A DNA stretch of 64,000 nt, taken from positions 248,001-312,000 of the forward strand of contig NMRA01000148.1 in assembly GCA_002633005.1 (NCBI GenBank), written 5' to 3'. Source of the DNA: Phoronis australis. Taxonomy: Eukaryota > Animalia > Phoronida. The position numbers and the translations under genes are program-made. Below the pieces are notes generated by a model. It made no database searches and was not told where the DNA came from. It saw only the letters and a program-made list of their open reading frames with translations. Positions 59,501 through 64,000 of this stretch are shown here, piece by piece; positions within the stretch are counted from its first letter, which is position 1, and every line of letters begins with the position of its first letter.

Positions 59501-61094
59501 CACTTCTCTCTTGTTTCACTTTCTATAAGTTGTCACCATGCTTCTCTCGTATGTGATACGAACGAGTGAAAAAGTACACAGCGCTGCAATTATTTTTATC
59601 CGCCGTCGACGAACAGTCAACTTTAGATGCTAAGTAGATCGCTACTGGTCGCTCCATCGAATTCCCTTTACACATGTAACATTTTTTACAGTTATGCGTT
59701 ATACTGCGCACATATGTTGTATTGGGGAAAAAGAACGATGTTTTCACTCATCTTTTATAGGCCTACCCTCACTCGGCCGGCAAAAAATGACACAAGCAAC
59801 TTTTGCCTTAATACAGTATTGCCCGAGGCGACTTTTACCAAAACGTGAAATGAGCATCCTTCGATTGGGTTATTTTGAGCGCCAGTACCGGTAACCAGTC
59901 CATACCAGAATTTCGACTAGAAAAATTTGTGAATGAACTCGATAGCTTAAGGGGACATCTCAGTTACCGATGCACCTGATTGTTGTACAGTGACCATTTT
60001 TTTCTTTAGGGTATCAATATTGAATTTTTACTATGTTAGAATCTTTACATTTGTTTAGCTTTTTATTTTTCATTCACATTTTTGAACAAATGGAACTGAA
60101 TTGGAAAATGCAAAGTTACCATTTTCGATCGCATCTCTGACAATCTTAACCAATACCTAAGCACAACGCACTTGAACTTTGTGATAGAATCAAGAATCGC
60201 ACCCCTTGCCTTTGGAAAACTGCTCTTAACCACGAGCGAACCCGCGCCCTCAAATTCGGCGGTAAGTGCATTGGAATCGTGAAGATCAAGGAATTGTCAG
60301 TGCAACTCCGGGAGCGTAGACTAGCGCCATAGCGAGACTGAACCGGGTTCCAATCTCTTTTGACTAGGAGTATTGTCACGGTAAGGAATATTATAAGACC
60401 GATTTTATCAGAGCAAAAGGTCTAATTCCATTTTCGTTTTAGCCAGCTAAACAGGACGAGATGCAGCTTAACTGCTTTCACGTAGCCCAACTCGGTTAGA
60501 ACCGGCGCCTCGATATATTTTAGGACACAGAGTTTTAGTTGCGCTACTTTCTGCATGGTTTGTTGAAAAATTGTTCTTCAAAACGTTGTGAAGTAGATTT
60601 CAGTTGCATCATTCTGAATATAGCTGATGGTGGATGGTCGGATTGGACGTTGAAGGGTCGGTGCAGCAAAACATTCAGTTTTGTATTGGTGAAATTAGAG
60701 GTAAGTAAGCGCCCAAAGTCCACCATATCACCTTGAGCACTGCATTTCAAAAGTGCATTGAATTCGCAAAATCTCAAAAGCATTTAGGCCTATTTTCGAC
60801 TCACGAGTGGGTATTTACTTCGAGTCTGCAGTGGCGAATCTAGGATGCCGCAGAAAGTGGGCCCAACCACACATGATAGGAAGGCAAAGGTCCGCGTTCA
60901 TTCCAAGCGGTCTCTGAAGGGCTTCAAACACAATTATAAAGGGAAATAGTCGCGTAACACCCAAAAACGATATCCTGGTGGCGTTTTTAGTCGCCCGTAG
61001 GGTGTGTCGTCTGTAGACTATCCGATTCATTTCGCTGAATCCTCGTTCACATTCAGCTATACTGCAAGGACGAGTCTCAATGCATAATGTAAAA

Positions 61095-61223
61095 AGATGG
61101 TTGGCTACGCCTAGGTGCGCCTACGACCCACTATAACGTAACTTACGGTGCGTAAGCGCTACGTTCAAATTCCAAAAGGTGGTTGGCTGCGCCTACGTGC
61201 GCCTACGCCCCACTACAGCACTG
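61095..61223 (-). mobile_element. Partial reverse copy of the hAT-like MITE at 27124
   Basis: ...ggttggctgcgcctacgtgcgcctacgccccactacagcactg matches the reverse complement of 27124 onward; the subterminal block is internally duplicated. Confidence 0.75.
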
Positions 61224-62382
61224 AACATATTTCCGATTGGTAGCCATGTCAAACAATAGAATTTCAACAATTTTGTGAACAGTCCATGCAGAAAGAAAAT
61301 CTTTATCCGAAACACTGCGAAATAGTACACAACCTTTTGTAGATTGTCACTGACCATCTTTTTTATCGGAACTTTAGCCGAGAAGCAAAGGATACTGGCT
61401 TAACAGACCGTATCCGTTGCTTCTCGGCTACAGCTCCGATACCATGCCAGACTAGGTTCCGACTTGAAGATATTGACAATATTTGGATTCGTTTAATTAC
61501 GAGTTCTTACGTCAAGTATTTCTGAGGTATTTTCCTGCGCAAAATGACCTCTTTGTCAAAATTGGCTAACATAGATTACTTGTCTGCTAGTTATTGGCCA
61601 TTGATCTGCTTGGTTAAACTGGACGGAATGCACTTAATCATGTGGTAGCGGTACGCAGAGGTTTCGCAAAGCGACGTGAACGTGAATTATCACGTATATA
61701 TTATTCCACGTCATACACGACATTGTTGGCTGTGAGGTAATCCCGACAGTGCGTATTTTACGCGAATACCGGGAGATTCACCTCGCTTTAAACACGAAAC
61801 CTGTGGCCCCTTTTTATTCTTTATTTGGCAAGACATCCAAATGACTTATTTTGATAGGGTTCTCAAGAACAGAGAGTTCGTTATTGCATGAGATCAGGAT
61901 TTATAAATTGGCTTGTCACAGCATGTGATTTATACACCAAGCATAGTCTCAACAAAAAACAAAACTGTCAGGACTTTGCAAACCCAGATGTCACTTCTTG
62001 GGTGAGAAGGGAGCACGTTGAGACAAATTTCATAGCAGTAAGTTGTCAAAATCAAATGTTTGCTTCTTGGACAGAGCACAAGTATAGACTAATCAATTCG
62101 CCCTCTGTAGTAGGGTCATCTCCTTTTTCGCAAGTGCTGAACACCTTTCGGATACCTGATGTTTTCAGCACCTCAATGGAGACAATCACTGAACAGCACC
62201 TTCAGAATGGCAGCCTGCTTTGAATGGCTTGTAGCAAGGCCCATGTAGCCGCCGTAAGTTATGAAACCTAACTTTTCAACAGTGTAGAGAAAATCAAAGG
62301 TTAACATCCAGATATAAACTTGAAATATGCCCAGAACATCACAGTAAAACAAATGCAAAAGAAGCGAATGCACAATCGCATT

Positions 62383-62641
62383 TCAACCATGGTTCTCTTG
62401 TTCCTTCTTCCTCCATTTTGTTTTTCTATGGGAATGATGCTTGTCACGACTGCTTTCACGTCTTGATCTGTCTTTCTTATGCTTATGTTTATGTTTGTGT
62501 TTTTTACTTGTACTTTCACTTTCTGAATCACTTAATCGTCTCTTCTTGGACTTTTCTTTCTTATGTTTCCTTTTTTGACTGGACTTGCGCTCTTCTTCAT
62601 CCGAGCTGCTAGAGTCGAGCATTGCTTTGAGTTGATTAACT
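62383..62641 (-). CDS. RP9: Terminal coding exon of an RP9 (PAP-1, retinitis pigmentosa 9)-like protein; upstream exons not found in the window
   Basis: Acceptor cttttag|A GTT AAT CAA. (R)VNQLKAMLDSSSSDEE followed by a K/H/S/R-rich tail parallels the RP9 C-terminus RIQQLKQLLEDSTSDED plus Lys-rich tail. AATAAA on the - strand at ~61812-61826. Confidence 0.65.
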
Positions 62642-63089
62642 CTAAAAGTGCAAACACCATTGTTTAATATCTCGACAACAGCAAAAGTGTGTTTTTTCAT
62701 AGTCCCCCATGCAAGAGTAGGACATTTTAAAAACAATTATTAACAGTGTTTTAGATGATAGTGTATAAAGCATAGTGTCTGAAAGGTTCATGTGAATACG
62801 ATAAGCCATTCCTGAGATTTGATGTTCCCAAGTTAGTCACATTTTCTACATGATAAACTTGTCTTTCACTTTATTTTTAGTATGAGCTCCTCTTTTACTT
62901 ACTAGTATGTTATTTTCTAATAATATATCCAAAAACTAAGCCCCCATTTCAGTGAAAGTAAATAGAGATTTACTCCTTAAATTGAGCAGGAGGCCCCTAT
63001 TTATTTTCAATAATAATGAGAATTCAACCTAGAGGTAACATTGGTGCATATCAAAGCTCAACATAGCACTAGAAATCACAAAATTTTTT

Positions 63090-63325
63090 AGTCTGGTCTG
63101 CACACCACCTATTGGTCACATCATGTGACCTAATGAACATAAGTCCGAAAAGATTTCTGCCGCCAACCGGGACTCGAATCCAGTGGTCGCGATGGCTCAG
63201 TGGCTAGAGCGTCTGCACGGATAGCAGAAGGTTCTGGGTTTGACCCCCGATCGGGGAAGAAATCGTTTCAGACTTATGTTCATTAGGTCATGTGATGTGC
63301 CCAATAGGTGGCACGAGACCAGACT
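63090..63325. mobile_element. TIR element (tagtctgg...ccagact ends) enclosing a tRNA-like sequence
   Basis: ~65-bp inverted arms: agtctggtctgcacaccacctattggtcacatcatgtgacctaatgaacataagtccgaaa / tttcagacttatgttcattaggtcatgtgatgtgcccaataggtggcacgagaccagact. Confidence 0.82.
63186..63258 (+). pseudogene. tRNA-derived cloverleaf (pseudo-tRNA / SINE head)
   Basis: A box TGGCTCAGTGG; D stem GCTC/GAGC; anticodon stem TCTGC/GCAGA with 7-nt loop ACGGATA; B-box-like GGTTTGACCCC. Acceptor and T stems are mismatched; U33 and R37 are absent. Confidence 0.68.
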
Positions 63326-63765
63326 TAATCCTGTTTGTGATGTGCATTTCCAAACCAGTTTAAGATTTGCAATAGCATTTGAAAGTTCAGTCAGTGTTTG
63401 TACAAGTCTACAAATGCGGTGAAAAGTTAATGAACATAACTGAGCTCCTGTTTGGGACTGTTTCATGCAACCAGCCACAATGATCCATGTTTACATGACT
63501 TTGTCAATCAAATTTCAGCATGTAATACATAGGTACTTAATAGCAGAGTAATGTTCACATATTTCTGCATGAAACTCACTAATTCCTTGGACTGTCCTGC
63601 TTTTTTGAGTGTCACGATGTAAAAACAATCAAGGTGAAGGTTATGTCAAGGTCAGTCAGACAAACAGGTTCTCTTGCAACGGAAACTGGCAAATTCACTT
63701 TTTGTTGTAAACAGCAGTCAGATGGCAGCATTTTGTTCAAACTTCACAGCATGAATTAACAGTAT

Positions 63766-63837
63766 GAGGGTTATGATCAGCACTTGCCATCACAGTTCGA
63801 GGGTTATGACCAGCACTTACCATCAAAGTTTGAGGGC
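63766..63837. repeat. 33-bp tandem repeat x2
   Basis: gagggttatgatcagcacttgccatcacagttc / gagggttatgaccagcacttaccatcaaagttt. Confidence 0.8.
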
Positions 63838-64000
63838 TACTACGACTTATGGTGAGGAACTCTACACAAACTGACACAACTTGCCAATGGCTACTGGAAT
63901 TGTGCAAATGCAACAAAACAGTTCATTAGGAAAACATTCATCATAGAAACTGTTAGCCCTGGCAGAAATTAGGCTTTTTGGAAGCACTTACTTCATGTTA

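Noticed and set aside
53600-61700. Hidden gene or autonomous transposase in the 8-kb CpG-rich interval
   Set aside because: Only short ORFs without recognisable motifs and no phase-consistent exon chain. A non-coding first exon of SLC26 may lie here but cannot be located from sequence alone.
63186-63258. Functional tRNA-Ser(GGA)
   Set aside because: Lacks U33 and purine 37, has mismatched acceptor and T stems, has no long variable arm, and is embedded in a TIR element.

Overview
Eukaryotic (metazoan, invertebrate; a lophotrochozoan is a guess from gene content and repeat style) AT-rich genomic DNA with spliced genes. It is not a prokaryotic operon region. Five protein-coding loci were reconstructed by hand from GT-AG junctions with consistent phase. 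(1) SARM1, an ARM-SAM-SAM-TIR NADase: + strand, 8 coding exons, 3452..15809, ~862 aa. (2) A LIAT1/C17orf97-like gene: - strand, 2 coding exons, 24409..25683, ~247 aa. (3) A cyclic-nucleotide-gated channel of an invertebrate CG42260-like subfamily: + strand, ~13 exons, 28617..45292, ~916 aa. (4) An SLC26/prestin-like anion transporter with an intronless CDS: - strand, 48232..50418. (5) The last exon of an RP9/PAP-1-like gene: - strand, 62383..62641. Introns and intergenic DNA hold many non-autonomous DNA-transposon derivatives (hAT-, Harbinger-, Kolobok- and Helentron-like MITEs, foldbacks), minisatellites and two N-adjacent duplications that are probably assembly artefacts. The most notable items are a TIR element wrapped around a near-complete tRNA cloverleaf with CTCF-like motifs in its arms, non-canonical ligand/pore residues in SARM1, the CNG channel and SLC26, an invertebrate LIAT1, and a nested palindromic complex upstream of SLC26. 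I found no clearly demonstrable new multi-gene system. All family assignments come from recalled motifs, not database searches.
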